A DNA stretch of 64,000 bases from positions 28,832,001 to 28,896,000 of the forward strand of contig CM052818.1 in assembly GCA_028534125.1 (NCBI GenBank), given 5' to 3'. How positions within the stretch are numbered: the stretch's first letter is position 1; every line of letters begins with the position of its first letter. The position numbers and the translations under genes are program-made. This stretch comes from Lama glama. Lineage: Eukaryota. The notes below the pieces were generated by a model that saw nothing but the letters and a program-made list of their open reading frames with translations, ran no database searches and was not told the origin of the DNA. Of this stretch, positions 26,255 through 38,790 are shown piece by piece.

Positions 26255-26707
26255 TATAATAGTAATAGGCTTGGCTGTAAGTAATGGAGACCTGGAAAAG
26301 AGAGGATTAAGTAAGACAAGTTTATTTCTCTCTCAAGTAAAAGCAGTCCACATATGGGTAGACTGGAGTAGATATTTCAGCTTCACACTACCATCAAGGA
26401 CTTTGGCTCTAATCTTTCTGCCTCATCTGAATGGTTCCTGTAACTCCAGTGATGAGGTATAAGTTCCAGCCAGTAGGCAGAAGAAAGGGAACAAAGACAA
26501 ATGGACATTCCCACCCTTTTCAAAGTGTTTATGGAAAATTCATGCAACACTTTGCTTCCATCTCAGTGGCCAGACTTTAGACATATGCCTATAATCTATG
26601 GACAAGGAATTATGGGAAATGTAAGCTTCTGGTTGGACATACTACCACCCCCTAGAGAGGAAGGGGAGAATGGATGTTGGGGTAGGCAACTGGCAGTCTC
26701 TGTCACA
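26255..26707 (-). mobile_element. MLT1J-like MaLR LTR
   Basis: gtttatttctctctc..ttccagccagtaggcagaagaaaggg..tggccagactt..ggagaatggatgttggggtaggcaactggcagtctctgtcaca. Confidence 0.8.
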
Positions 26708-28121
26708 GACCTGCTTGCGAGTCCAAGCATATTCAGACGCACCTGCAGTTTAAAACATTTGACTTGTAAAAAACAAACAAAAAACCTCTATTTACAAGTG
26801 ACCTGCTCTACTATTTCGGAAGACATTGTGAAATTTGATGCTTTGAAGAAACCTGTGAGGAACATCATGGACAAAAGCAAGAAAATGTGTAAAAGATTTA
26901 CCCTAGTAAGGGCCCCTGAATGACTCAGCTCCAGGGGCACCTTCTGCATCGTGGCACTTTCTGGAAATATAAAGAGCATAGCTTGCAAGCTCTGCGGTGG
27001 TTCTAACCCAGGGGCCCACTTATTAGCCCATCTGTGCCAAAATCCATCTCTGATATAGCCTAATGTTTTGCTTTTTTCCCCATTTTTGTAGCAAGTGTTT
27101 AAAATTCCCCAATTAGCAATTCAAGCATCCTCTTTTAAAAATATTAATAGCAGTGAAATGGTTATGGGTCATCAGTCATTCACTAGTGTGAATTGGTTTA
27201 ATTATATTAATTTTCTAATGGCTGATGAAGATCAGCTTCTTCGTGGAAAGGAGATCATCGTTTTGGACAGGGAGGTCAGTAAAACACTCTAGAGGACCAA
27301 ACCTTTGTTCTGCTTCTCAGTTGAAATGGTACAAAAACATAGCCTTGAAATTATTAGAGGCCAGAAGAGGAGAGGCATGAAGGTGTTGAACTGGAGTGCA
27401 AAAAGAAAGGTATTGATAGAAAATTAAATTTTAACTAATTCAAAAATTTGCCTGAAATTGTCAAAGTACCAGGAATTGATGAGAAAAAAACCTGTCCTTC
27501 TCTCTTCAGCACCGTATTACTCTTAGACCCTTAGTCACCAGGGTAGGCAACATAGTGTTCTCAGGTTAGTAGTATTAGTCCATTGCGTGGATCCATTGGG
27601 GGTTCAGTATATTTTGAAGGGTAGCTTAAAGATAAGCTAGTATATATTGTGTTTAATTTTAAAAATGCATAGATTTCCAAGCCACTGAAGGGGAAGTAAA
27701 ATTTTACTTCATAGTGTGTACCTAAATTAGGAACTGCCAAATCCAGGATAGTTCTAAACCAACATATCGTTATTGTTATTGCTGATGTAGTCATTATTGT
27801 TGAGGAACCCTTTTACATACACAACTGCCTGTAGGAGAACAATGTAAAACAGAAAAAGAGGAAAGCAGTCCTGGTTGAATCAGAACCCAGCAATCTCAAC
27901 CTCCAGGTCTATCTGGGGCCTACAGGCCACAAGGCAGACCTTGCAAACCGTCATTCAGGACCAAGAAGGAACACTGTCTCAAAATAACACAAGAGCTCAG
28001 ATTTCTTTAGTAAGAAACGTAAGTGCTTCCCTCACTGCTGCAATGTCTGTATAACACATTGTATGTAGATCAAAGGCATGCTTACTGCTGCTGTTGGTGT
28101 TCATTTAAGAATGAACGACTA

Positions 28122-28265
28122 GTTTGTTCCTTGTTTTTTGTTTGTTTGGGAGGGGTAATTAGGTTGTGGGTTTTTTTTTTTTTTTAATGGAGGTACTGGG
28201 GATTGAACCCAGGACCTCGTGCATGCTAAGCACAGGCTCAACCACTGAGCTATACCTGCCACCCC
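28122..28265 (-). mobile_element. Camelid tRNA-Ala-derived SINE (Vic-1 type)
   Basis: A box tagctcagtgg and B box gggttcaatccc on the minus strand; 16-bp TSD taagaatgaac[g/t]acta at 28106-28121 and 28267-28282. Confidence 0.95.
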
Positions 28266-28289
28266 ATAAGAATGAACTACTAATATACA

Positions 28290-28510
28290 GATGTATAGAA
28301 TTTTACATTTTCAAAGAATATTTGCATTTATGAATCTTGTATAAAACATCAATTCTGTGAGGAACATAGTACAGGTACTACTGTGATCATTTTATTGGTA
28401 AGGAAATTGAAGTTGACACAGTTAAAGTGACTTTAAAAAATGACATTGCCAGAAAGTGATGAGGTAAGAGAAGAATTCAGAACTGGCTTCTCAACTCCAA
28501 CTGCTCTTTA
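28290..28510 (-). mobile_element. MIR SINE
   Basis: catttttattggtaaggaaattgaagttgacacagttaaagtgactt is a decayed MIR core. Confidence 0.7.
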
Positions 28511-29511
28511 TAATCACCAGGGAAACTAATAAAAAAAAGAAATATCAAGGATTTGGGGAGAATGGCAGAGGGATACTTGATTATTAATTCCAGTATCCAC
28601 CCCTTTCCAGCCAAATCTGAAAGAATAAATCCAAATACCCACAGGCAAAAGCTACAGAAAACTAGGAGTGTACAGGAACCCAAAAATGAGTAAGAAAGTA
28701 GGGAAAATCAGCAGTAGCAAATATACACGAGTTATCCACATGTGTGGAAAGAAAAGCAAGAAAGCAAAGCAACTTCTAACAGCTCTGAGAAGCCGAGAGC
28801 CCCAAAGTGCCAAAACACTCACTGACAAGTGTGATGCCAATCTGGAAGCAGAAACTAAGAGGGCTTTTACTGGCATCAAATGAATGCGGGGGGCGGAGAC
28901 CATTGTAAGAGTAGATGTGGCACGGGCCATTTGAGCCCTGAATTTTCAACATGAATAACAGGAAGCCCCCATGCAAGATAAAAGCTCATCTTAAGGAGAA
29001 TATCAATTGAGCAGTACAGGTACAACAGAGCAAAGGAAAAAGAAAACCCAGATGAAAGTGAAGGAAGGGTGCAGAGGAGTCAGAGCTCAGAAATTATGCT
29101 TAAAAAAAAATCATTTTATGAAATCAACAGAAAAGGTAGTTCTAAAGGTTTGAATCCAGAAAAGCTACCCTGGATCACCCTTCCTATCTAATTATAGGGA
29201 AACTTATTCTCTTAAACATAAGCAAAAGAGAGTGTTGTTAAATTCTATATAAATTTACTATTCAAGAATGACTAACTGAACTAAATATTTTCAATTTCCA
29301 CAAATAATCTTAGACTTAGTTTTATAATCTGCCTAATATACATTGTGTTAATTATGCTTATGTTGATTTTACTTTTATGACTAAAATGAACAATGCCAAC
29401 AAAGCTGATAAATTTGGTCACAAAATAAAGTTACTATTAAAAAAAATAAGGAGCAGAATACAACAGGCTCTCTAGAAATATTTATCCAAAAAACTCCACC
29501 CTGATATTTTA

Positions 29512-29669
29512 CTGCTTCACTTTGCTTTTGTTCCTTTTTTTTTTTTTTTTTTGAGTGGGAGGTAATTAGGTTTATGTATTTATTTCCATTTGGAGGAGGT
29601 ACTGGGGATTGAACTCAGGACTCATGATTGCTAAACCTGTGCTCTACCACTTGAACTATATCCTCTGCT
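29512..29669 (-). mobile_element. Camelid tRNA-Ala-derived SINE (Vic-1 type)
   Basis: Same head and tail as the other two copies; perfect 15-bp TSD caccctgatatttta at 29497-29511 and 29670-29684. Confidence 0.95.
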
Positions 29670-29738
29670 CACCCTGATATTTTAGAGAAAAAAGTGAAAA
29701 AAAGTTTAAGAAAGTGATAGAAGCTATGAAAGAACAGC

Positions 29739-29849
29739 AAAAAAAAAAAAAGAAGAAGAAGAAGAAGAAGAGGAGGAGGAAGAAGAAGAAGAAGGAAGAA
29801 GGAGGAAGGAGAAGAGAAGGGGAGGGGGAGGAGGGGGAGGAGGAGGAGA
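29739..29849. repeat. 111-nt pure purine tract: A13 then (GAA)n/(GGA)n
   Basis: No pyrimidine on the + strand between 29739 and 29849. Confidence 0.95.
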
Positions 29850-30769
29850 CAGCTATGGAAGGTAAGCAAAGAAGATGTGACATACTATTATAGGAGTTGC
29901 TGGAGAAAACCAAAGCAAAGAACAAATGTTAAAAACTATCAATCAGAAAACTTCCCTGAAATTAAAAAAATGTTTGAAATTTCATATAAAAAGGGTATGC
30001 CACATATATGGGAAAGTCATCACAAGACAACCATGATGTATTTTAATAAAACAATTGTTCTTTAAAGAAAAAAGAGTTCTGTAGGTCTCAAGTGTGCCCC
30101 CCTCTCCAAAGTCATCTGTAAGAAAAAGAAAATCATACTGTCATCAGACATTTTGACTCTATGTCAGAAGAAAGTAAGATCAACATATGTAAAGATACTT
30201 ATGGAAAAGAAAATGTGAACCACTTTGTATTACCTGGGCAAACATATCTTCAAATAAAAAGGGCACAATTATTATTAACCTGCCAAAACAAATAAGAAAA
30301 TAACAACTACAACAAATCTCACAAAAACAGAGAATATTCTCTACTAAAGAAATTTGTGAACAACAAAAAAGCCTGGAGAAACACTGACATAAGATCTGGT
30401 GGTGGATATTAAATATATATTCATATGAAGTACTAAGATAAAGTGATAGTTATAATGGGAAAAGTATGTGTGATAGTCACAGTTTCTGACTATAATAAAA
30501 TGGGGGAACAAAAACAGGGACATATATGACAAGGAGAATGAGCTCACTGATTGCCTTTTGATACTATCTGGGAGTGAAGAGATATTTCAAATAGACGCTA
30601 GAGAAAAGGAACAAAGGAAGACGCTACTAACAAATTTCAAGATTTCTGGTAGTAAGGAACAAATAGAAATTAGGCAGGGGGAGAGGAATACGAAGAAATG
30701 AACTACTGGGTAAGACACTACAATGGCTGAATTTTAATATAATAATATTGGGGGAAAGAAGCCGGGGGA

Positions 30770-31065
30770 AAAAAAGAGTAAATAATGTATGATTCAATTA
30801 ATATAAAATTCTAGAAAATTCAATTGATGTATAACAAGAAGCCAATTAGTGGTTCCTTGGAGACAGAGACAGGGAGCAGAGAAGGGCAGCAGGTGGAGAT
30901 TACACAGATCATAAAGGAACAAGAGGAAAGTCTTGGGGTGATAGATGGGTTCATTCTCTTGCTTATGCTGATGAGTTCACAGTATATCAATACATAAAAA
31001 CTTATTGAATTATAAACTTCAAATTGTACAGTTTTTAATATGTCAATCATACCTCAATAAAGCTA
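30770..31065 (+). mobile_element. L1MC/MD-like 3' end
   Basis: tgtatgattcaatttaatataaaattctagaaaat..ttggggtgatagat..tgtcaatcatacctcaataaagct. Confidence 0.85.
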
Positions 31066-31227
31066 AATTAAAGAGATATGAGAAAGGGCTGCACTTAAAA
31101 GCAGTAAGTTCTGGGGAATTTAATACCAACAAAAGGGCACTTATTTTGCTCCTGAACCAAATATTTGGGCATCTCTTGATGGAATTAACTTATCTCTACT
31201 CCAATCTATGTCATCTGGGGAAATGAA

Positions 31228-31612
31228 ACCATCTGAAGGCTCACTGACAAGTCTGGTCATTAATGTTGTCTGTCAGCTGAGACCATAACATAGGGCTGTT
31301 GGCCAGGAAACCTATAGGTAACGTCTCCCTGGAACCTGGACTTCCTTAAAACATGGTGGCTGGTTCCAAGAGTGAGCATTCATGAGAAAGCCCATCAGAA
31401 ATGGCATCATATTTCCTTTTATGACTTAACTTCCAGAAGGCATGCAGTGTTGTTTCTGTCTCATTCAATCCATTGAGGTGTAGACAAGGCCTGCCCAGTT
31501 TCAATGGAAGGAAAATAGACTCTATCATCTAAAAGGAAGCAACAAGTTTCTAGAAGCACACATGGCATTGGAAAATCTGTGTGGCCATTTTTGGAAAATG
31601 CAATGTGCCATG
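31228..31612 (-). mobile_element. MLT1F-like MaLR LTR (partial)
   Basis: catggtggctggttccaagagtgagcatt..ccttttatgactt..ggccatttttggaaaatgcaat. Confidence 0.8.
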
Positions 31613-31739
31613 TGGAGTAAATAAATTAATATTTATATTAATATAATTATGAATTGAGATTTGGGGCATTAAAGAAAGAAGATTCATGTATAAAAGTGAT
31701 TGAAGAACATCACCATATTTCTAAATTTTAAAATATATA

Positions 31740-33196
31740 AATATTTCCCAGACTATCTATTGGAAAGACCTAGAAAATGAGCAATTCACTGACAATGAGC
31801 GTGCCTAGCAATCATATTTATGTCTCTAAGTAGATTTCTCCATGACAGCAACTGGGACTCCTTACAGAAATGGCTGTTCCCAGGAATGCTGAATATGAGT
31901 CCCCAGCTGTACCTTAAACTTACATATCCAGTGATGTATGTCAATTATATCCCAATAAAACTTGAAGGAAAAAAAAAGATGCATTTTCATACCAGAAAGC
32001 AAGAATGCTACCAGAGGCTTCTAGGATAGTGTTTGAGGGTCTCAGAACTTAAAATGATGTGGCTACTCTGGCTATTGTTGAGACGATGTAAAAATAAATA
32101 AAGAAAATAATTACAAGGTAATAAAGTAAGTCAAATATTTTTAAATTCATGCATTTATAATAATACCATAAAAAATACACCTCATTTGATACACTTAGGG
32201 AACCAGTTCATTATTTGAAAACTGATTTTAAAAAGGTAGGGGGAATCAAGCATTTTTTTCTTTCTTTTTTTTTTCTTTACTGTACAAACAATATCTAAGG
32301 GTAATCAAACAGTTGATAAGGGAAAAGAGTCTCATTATACTCATTATAGAAGTAGTTCAGCTAATAAGTAATGAATAAATAACTTAACTCAAATATAACC
32401 ATTTTGTAAATCGTAATAAAAAATTAGCAAATAAAATAAAATGCAAATCTTAAATGAAAAAAAGAATTAGCCTAAGCACTGATCATCAAAGACTGTTACT
32501 ATCACAAAAAGAGAAATAACCAGAAATGTTTTGACTAATGATATGCCCAACATCTATAAAATAGTCTTTCCAAAGTGATCCAATCTAAATTATATCAAAC
32601 TTATAGGTCTAAACACCAATTTACAGGAAATACAGGGAACAGGGGAACACGTTCAATGAAGTCATAGAAATTCAGTCACTCACAACCATTTGGAAAACTC
32701 CACAATACAAATGACCCAGTCTCTTTTTTAAAACAGCAAGAAAGAAAAAGAGATGGAAATGATTTTGACTGAAGGAGACATAAAAGACACATTAACCAAT
32801 CTTACTAAATTTCCCTTATTTGAAAACTCATTTGAGCCAACAAACTATAAAAACGATGAGACAATAGAGGAAGTGTAAACATTGGCTGAATATTTAACTA
32901 TAAAAAGAAATTAAGTTTTTAGTGTTCTGGAAGTATAATAATTGATTTTTTAGTGAGTCCTCTTCTTTTAGTTACACATATATACATACTAAAATGTACA
33001 AATGAAATTATATGATATCTAGGACTCATATCCAAATAATACAAGAGAAGGAGGCAGTGAAAAAGGGGCTGATTGGGATAAAGATGAAATAGGTTTAGAA
33101 ATGAGTTAGTAGAAGCTGAGTGATGACTACATCCTGGGGGTTCATTATATTGTTTTTCCACTTTCTATATATGTTCCATAATAAAAAGTTTAAAAT
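31740..33196 (+). mobile_element. L1MC4/5-like 3' region, with a short younger L1 tail near 31910-31978
   Basis: tttcataccagaaagcaag, ggaaccagttcattatttgaaaactg, ggggttcattata..ttccataataaaaagttt terminus. Confidence 0.8.
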
Positions 33197-33229
33197 AAAC
33201 AAATAGTGAAGGAAGTAAGTATGCCCTCA

Positions 33230-33335
33230 CCCCATCTTCAAATATCCTGATTTAATTGTTCTGTTAATTCCCAGGTTTTGGTATTTTTTTTAAAGTTCCT
33301 GGGGAATTTTACTGAGGTCATAAATGAGAACCACC
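33230..33335. mobile_element. MER5-type MITE fragment
   Basis: ctgatttaattg..ggtattttttttaaagttcctgggg..tgagaaccac. Confidence 0.55.
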
Positions 33336-35927
33336 TACCTCATTAAGCTACACACACAGATATACTCATACCTCATTATAACATGGGAGAAAACCATGTA
33401 ACCTGTCACCTAGGTGACCAACTGATTTCAGGAGTCACAAATCTTAATAAAAAACTAGTGGAGAATTCATGTATATGAGTACAGTATATACAGAAATATA
33501 AGTATCTTGAAATAGTATACATTCTTGCTTGATAGGAAGAATGGCCAAAGTGCAGTGAAGTTCTCTGTGGAGTATTCCTTCTGCACTTAGTTGCCTAGAG
33601 AGCACACTGCAGCAGGATGGACTAATGTGGAGTTAAACTGCAAAGTCATTCAATGACAAGGTGACTGAGGCATTTGCCTGAGGAAAATATGCAACAAGCT
33701 TGTATCTGGGGCATTTTTGGTTACAAATAATTCAGCTAAAGTATTTTTCATCACTTTCCATAGTAATGGTATTTGGTTAATACCACACTGTGTTATTTAA
33801 AAGTCCATCTTGATTAAATGCTTTGCATGATGGGTGAAACTCATGGAAAAAATAAACGCACCCTGTTTTTCTTATTGTGCATTTTAAGACATATTAATAT
33901 CACTCTCCCTACTAACTGAAATGAATAAAACCCTAAATCTCAACAAACCATATTTTATTAACACTATTACTCAAAATCACTCCAGCAGGTTACAGCACAA
34001 GAGCAATTTTTCCCAAAAAGGGTCTAAAATATAGTACTGAGAAGACAGTCCTCAAAATATAGAATATCATTATATATTGAAGTCCTCAGTCAGCCAGCTA
34101 TTAGGGTTTTTTCTTAAAAACTTATTTCTATAAATTGTTCTACTTACAATACATTTCAGGGAAATAAAACCTTTAAAGTATTCACCAACTATTGCTGATG
34201 CATGTGGCAAAGATTGGTTGAGAACTTACTTGTTCTTTATACAGAACATTCAACTAGGCGCAATTTCAATCAAAATCTCACAAGAAGGCACATATCCAGC
34301 AAGCATCTAAGTGGTAGACTCAGAGCACTGACAAAACTGGGGACCCATTTCTTTTCAGGAGCTGGGGTGGTCATCTTATCCCAGAAGGCTGAGGGTACTC
34401 AGGTTTGATATCTGGCTCAAATCTCATTCTTCCAATCTCAGTGTCTCTAATTAGTAAAAATATTGATGTGTCTCTGCCCAACACATAATATTCAAAACCT
34501 CACTTGGAGACATGAAAAGATTCTTAATTTTCTTCCAAGGACCTCTGCAGAACCCTTTGATGAAAGCTGTATTTTTTAGGCAAAGAGTAAAAACTTACAT
34601 CATCATCAGTTTTGTTTTTCAGGGCTCTGTATATGGGAGAGCACATTAATAGTGGACATCATTTTACTTCCTCAAACTCCAGCATCAGCATCTATTAAAG
34701 AGGAGTCTGATTACGTGTCTTACAGGAATAACTGAAGGTTAAAAAGAGTTGTTGTGTCATGTGTTACCCATATTACTCTCCAATTTACCCAATGCAATTA
34801 GAAAAACTGTCCCTAGAAGAAACAAGTACAAACCCTGTTTTCAAATGCCTTGTTAATTCAGTGTGGTACATTTCCCAACATTTAGGGCAATAGAAACCTT
34901 TTTGTCAGGAACATTTACTAACACTTGAAGGAATTAATATTCTGTAGAACACAGTATGGGCAAATATGGGTCTTGGGAGCTGAACTGAGAAGACTAGTGG
35001 GCAATTATTGCTGCCTCAAAGGATAACAATGCTTTTCTTAGACTTTTTTTCTGTGCATGGGATTACTCTTATGTACCATGAGGAAAAAACACATTCAGAA
35101 AGCAATTCACTGTAGAGCTAATGGGTGTTTTTTCTTTTCTTCTTTTCTTTTCTTTCTTTTTTTCCATCCGGGTAACTAAAAAGCTGTTCACTCTTGTGAA
35201 CAATACTGTGAATAATTATAGTACCTACTGCTTTCAAATGAGCATGATTTCTAAAGGTATAGCGATCATTTTAATCTGAAATATAATTAGCTGGACCAAG
35301 AGGAATTTGGTATTTTTATACTTTTAACAGACTGTTTAAAAGCAGGTTTGGGGAAACTCAGTCATGGAAATTGAAATTTTGTATGCAGCGGTTCAGATAC
35401 ATAATAAGTAGCCATTCTGGAAAGCCAACTTTGATTTAGCTTAACAAATAACTTCTACATTCCTGCTATAAGGTACTGTTTAATAAACCAATAATGGTGA
35501 TAGAAGGTATGCATCCTTTTGAATAACAAATTATGATGAGTCTTTATCGTAAATATACACTCTTCTTGTGTATGTACTGCTCTTCAGGTAGTCACTCTTT
35601 GAGCTTCTGCCATGTTTGGGATTCTGACATGCCATAACATTTTGATTTCAATTCTGCTTAGGAAAGCCATTGTAAAAACCATTTCAACTAGTGCTCAAAT
35701 GAGGCAGAATATGTGTTGTTGCCAAAGCAACTGCTCAGTGTGTGGTCTTGTAGTTCAGTTCCAGAGCAGCTGCGATCTACTTTGGGAGAAGGGGAAATAG
35801 AGGTCATCTGGATTGGACTGGCTTTCAATCCACATACTCAAATGATGGACATTCAAATTAACCATGTACATATGATCCAAAGTATACTCAGGAGGTTGAA
35901 GCCATCTCAAGTCTTTAAGTGACTCTG

Positions 35928-36427
35928 NNNNNNNNNNNNNNNNNNNNNNNNNNNNNNNNNNNNNNNNNNNNNNNNNNNNNNNNNNNNNNNNNNNNNNNNN
36001 NNNNNNNNNNNNNNNNNNNNNNNNNNNNNNNNNNNNNNNNNNNNNNNNNNNNNNNNNNNNNNNNNNNNNNNNNNNNNNNNNNNNNNNNNNNNNNNNNNNN
36101 NNNNNNNNNNNNNNNNNNNNNNNNNNNNNNNNNNNNNNNNNNNNNNNNNNNNNNNNNNNNNNNNNNNNNNNNNNNNNNNNNNNNNNNNNNNNNNNNNNNN
36201 NNNNNNNNNNNNNNNNNNNNNNNNNNNNNNNNNNNNNNNNNNNNNNNNNNNNNNNNNNNNNNNNNNNNNNNNNNNNNNNNNNNNNNNNNNNNNNNNNNNN
36301 NNNNNNNNNNNNNNNNNNNNNNNNNNNNNNNNNNNNNNNNNNNNNNNNNNNNNNNNNNNNNNNNNNNNNNNNNNNNNNNNNNNNNNNNNNNNNNNNNNNN
36401 NNNNNNNNNNNNNNNNNNNNNNNNNNN
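35928..36427. other. Assembly gap (500 N)
   Basis: N run of exactly 500. Confidence 1.
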
Positions 36428-37344
36428 TATTTTTTGGATGAATGAATGAACATATCATAGCTCTCCCTCATGACTGTGTCTGGGTGAGAACAGATTTAAC
36501 CACCCACACTGAAAGTGGAAATAGCAAAATTTCTTGTGATCAAATGGTAGAGCAGCATATCTAGAATATTAATGTCATAAAAAGTTTGAAATTCATATTT
36601 TCCTACCTTTCAATTCCAGATTTAAGCATATAATTGATAAGCTTCACATCTGATGCAGCTTCCTGTTGCCATCACCAGTAGTTACCATGTCTTGAATCCT
36701 AGTACTAATTACACCAGGTAAATTGCCAATACTTATAACAAAGGTACAAATTCTAGTTCTAAATCAATCAATAGTCATATTCTTTGGTGGTATCGTGAGG
36801 AACCATTCCAGATCTTAAAATGATTCCTTCTAATAATCTGTGTCAAACTCATTCTCTTCTATCTCATGCCCAGCATATGATCCAGGCTTCTATATTTGAC
36901 CTTCATTATTCCACTGAGCTGAGGTAGGTCTCCTAGTAAATATCTTGAAAAAGGTTGGAAGTGCAACCTGTAAGTAAAGGGTTTAAAGTTTTAAATCTAT
37001 GTGAATTATTTTTATTTATACTCAAATCAAGGAACAAGGTAGGGTTTACACATAGATTTCTTTTTTATGGTGAGACTTCTGCACCTCTGATAAAACCCCC
37101 TGCCCACAGGCATCTCTCTCAACAATATCCCATAAAAAACAATATCCCTAGTAAGAAGTCTCTCCTTCTCACCAGGACCATGCATAAGCTTATTTTATTG
37201 AAATCAAAATGCTCACTTCAGCTTTCACTGCCCTCTAGCTACCACTCTCTCTCTCTTTCCCATCTAAGTCACATTTTTAGGAAAAAGTTGTATCCATTTT
37301 CACATATGATATTACATCTTCAAAACATTTCCATTCCAAAGCAG

Positions 37345-38523
37345 CACAAATCCAATGACTGATTGATATGGGATATAAAGATTTGGCCCCAATAGGTACA
37401 TGAAAATATGCTCAACATCGCTAATTATTAGAGAAATGAAAATTAAAACAACAATGAGGTATTGCCTTACACTGATCAGACTGGCCATCAGTAAAAAGTC
37501 TACAAATAATAAATGCTGGAAAGGGTGTGGAGAAAAGGGAACCCTCCTACACTGTTGGTGGTAATGTAAACTGTGCAACCACTATGGAGAACAGTATGTA
37601 GGTTCCTTTAAAAACTAAAAATAGTGTTACCGTATGATCCAGCAATCTCACTTCTGTGCATATATCCGGAGAAAAGTCCAAATTTGAAAAGATACATGAA
37701 CCCCATGTTCAAAGCAGCACTATTTACAACAGCCAAGACATGGAAGCAACCTAAATATTCATTGATAAATGACTGGATAAAGAAAATGTGTGTGGGGGTG
37801 TATATATATTACATATATGTATGTATGTATGTGTACATACATACACACAGTAGAATACTACTTAGTCATTAAAAATGAAATATTGCCATTTGCAGCAACA
37901 TAGATGGACCTAGAGATTATCATACTAAGTAAAGTAAGTCAGAGAAAGACAAATACATGATATCATTTATACGTGCAATCTAAAATATGATACCAATGAA
38001 CTTATTTACCAAACAGAAACAGACTCACATACATGGAAAGCAAATTCATGGTTACCAAAGGGAAAAGGAGGGTGAAGGATAAATTAGGAGTTTAGGATTA
38101 GCAGATACAAATTAATATATATATAAAACAGATAAACAAAAACTCCTACTGTATAGCATAGGGAACTCCATTCAATATCTTGTAATAAATCATAATGGAA
38201 AAGAATATGAAAAAGAATATATATAAAATTATATTTACATAAAACTGAGTCACTTTGCTGTACACCAGAAACTAACACAACATTGTAGATCAACTATACT
38301 TCAATAAAAAAAATGAAGACCTGGCCTTTCATTTCAACTTTAAATAACTCTGAAGGTTCATCCTAGCTTTGGGGTTGTTGGTATGTCAGCTGAAGCCTTG
38401 AATGAGCCTGCATGACAGCCCAACTTTTCCATCTGACTTATCCTGCCATTTCCTAGCCTTCCATAGGCGTTGACCTCAAGAATACTTTTGAACTTCCTAG
38501 ACTCTGTGAACCCAGTTTGTGAC
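37345..38523 (+). mobile_element. LTR16-family (ERV-L) LTR fragment split by an L1
   Basis: ccaatgactgattgatatgggatataaag left of the L1 continues right of it as ..actctgaagg..ctgcatgacagcccaacttttcc..aggcgttgacctcaaga..gaacccagtttgtgac. Confidence 0.7.
37389..38312 (+). mobile_element. 5'-truncated L1: ORF2 C-terminal Cys-rich region plus 3'UTR, non-functional
   Basis: Translates [46 protein letters not shown] ataaagatttggcc (37375-37388) / atgaagacctggcc (38313-38326). Confidence 0.95.
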
Positions 38524-38539
38524 TGAAGCCTTCAATATT

Positions 38540-38790
38540 ATAAGTATCCTTTAATTCTCTTTCATATCACTCTTAACATTTGGACTTTTACATATAATTA
38601 TGTAACTATTTGATTAATATCTGTCTCTTCCATCAAGTCCTATGCTCCATGAAAACAAAAAGTGCGACATTTTTCACTCACTATTGTTCTTCAGTACTCA
38701 TCACAGTGTATTTGTCACACAGCATATGCTTGGTGAACAGTCAATTCCTGTATTAGTATGGTAAACTAATAAATACCTGTTAATTGAAAG
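38540..38790 (+). mobile_element. LINE-2 3' end
   Basis: aatatctgtctcttccatcaagtcctatgctccatgaaaac..ttcactcactattgttcttcagtactcatcacagtg. Confidence 0.7.

Larger units (their letters stand above)
28545..30770 (+). mobile_element. Ancient L1-family 5'/ORF1 remnant (HAL1/L1ME-like) with later insertions
   Basis: A-rich; agaaaacttccctgaaattaaaaaaa and aaagaaaatcatactgtcatcagacattt resemble L1 ORF1 sequence; no intact ORF. Confidence 0.55.

Noticed and set aside
26501..26923. 140-aa ORF
   Set aside because: The first half lies in an antisense MLT1J-like LTR; no domain or splice context recognisable
28190..28262. tRNA-Ala(AGC)-like sequences on the minus strand (also near 11210-11286 and 29595-29665)
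   Set aside because: Each is followed by the same SINE tail and A-rich end, and two have clear TSDs; they are SINE heads, not tRNA genes
29656..29925. Poly-F/L/S ORFs
   Set aside because: Translation of the GA-rich microsatellite
33405..33418. Perfect 14-bp palindrome gtcacctaggtgac
   Set aside because: A few palindromes of this length are expected by chance in 64 kb (about 1 per 16 kb at equal base frequencies)
36955..37578. 135-aa ORF and 88-aa antisense ORF
   Set aside because: The first has a non-ATG start and no recognisable features; the second is the familiar antisense reading of L1 ORF2
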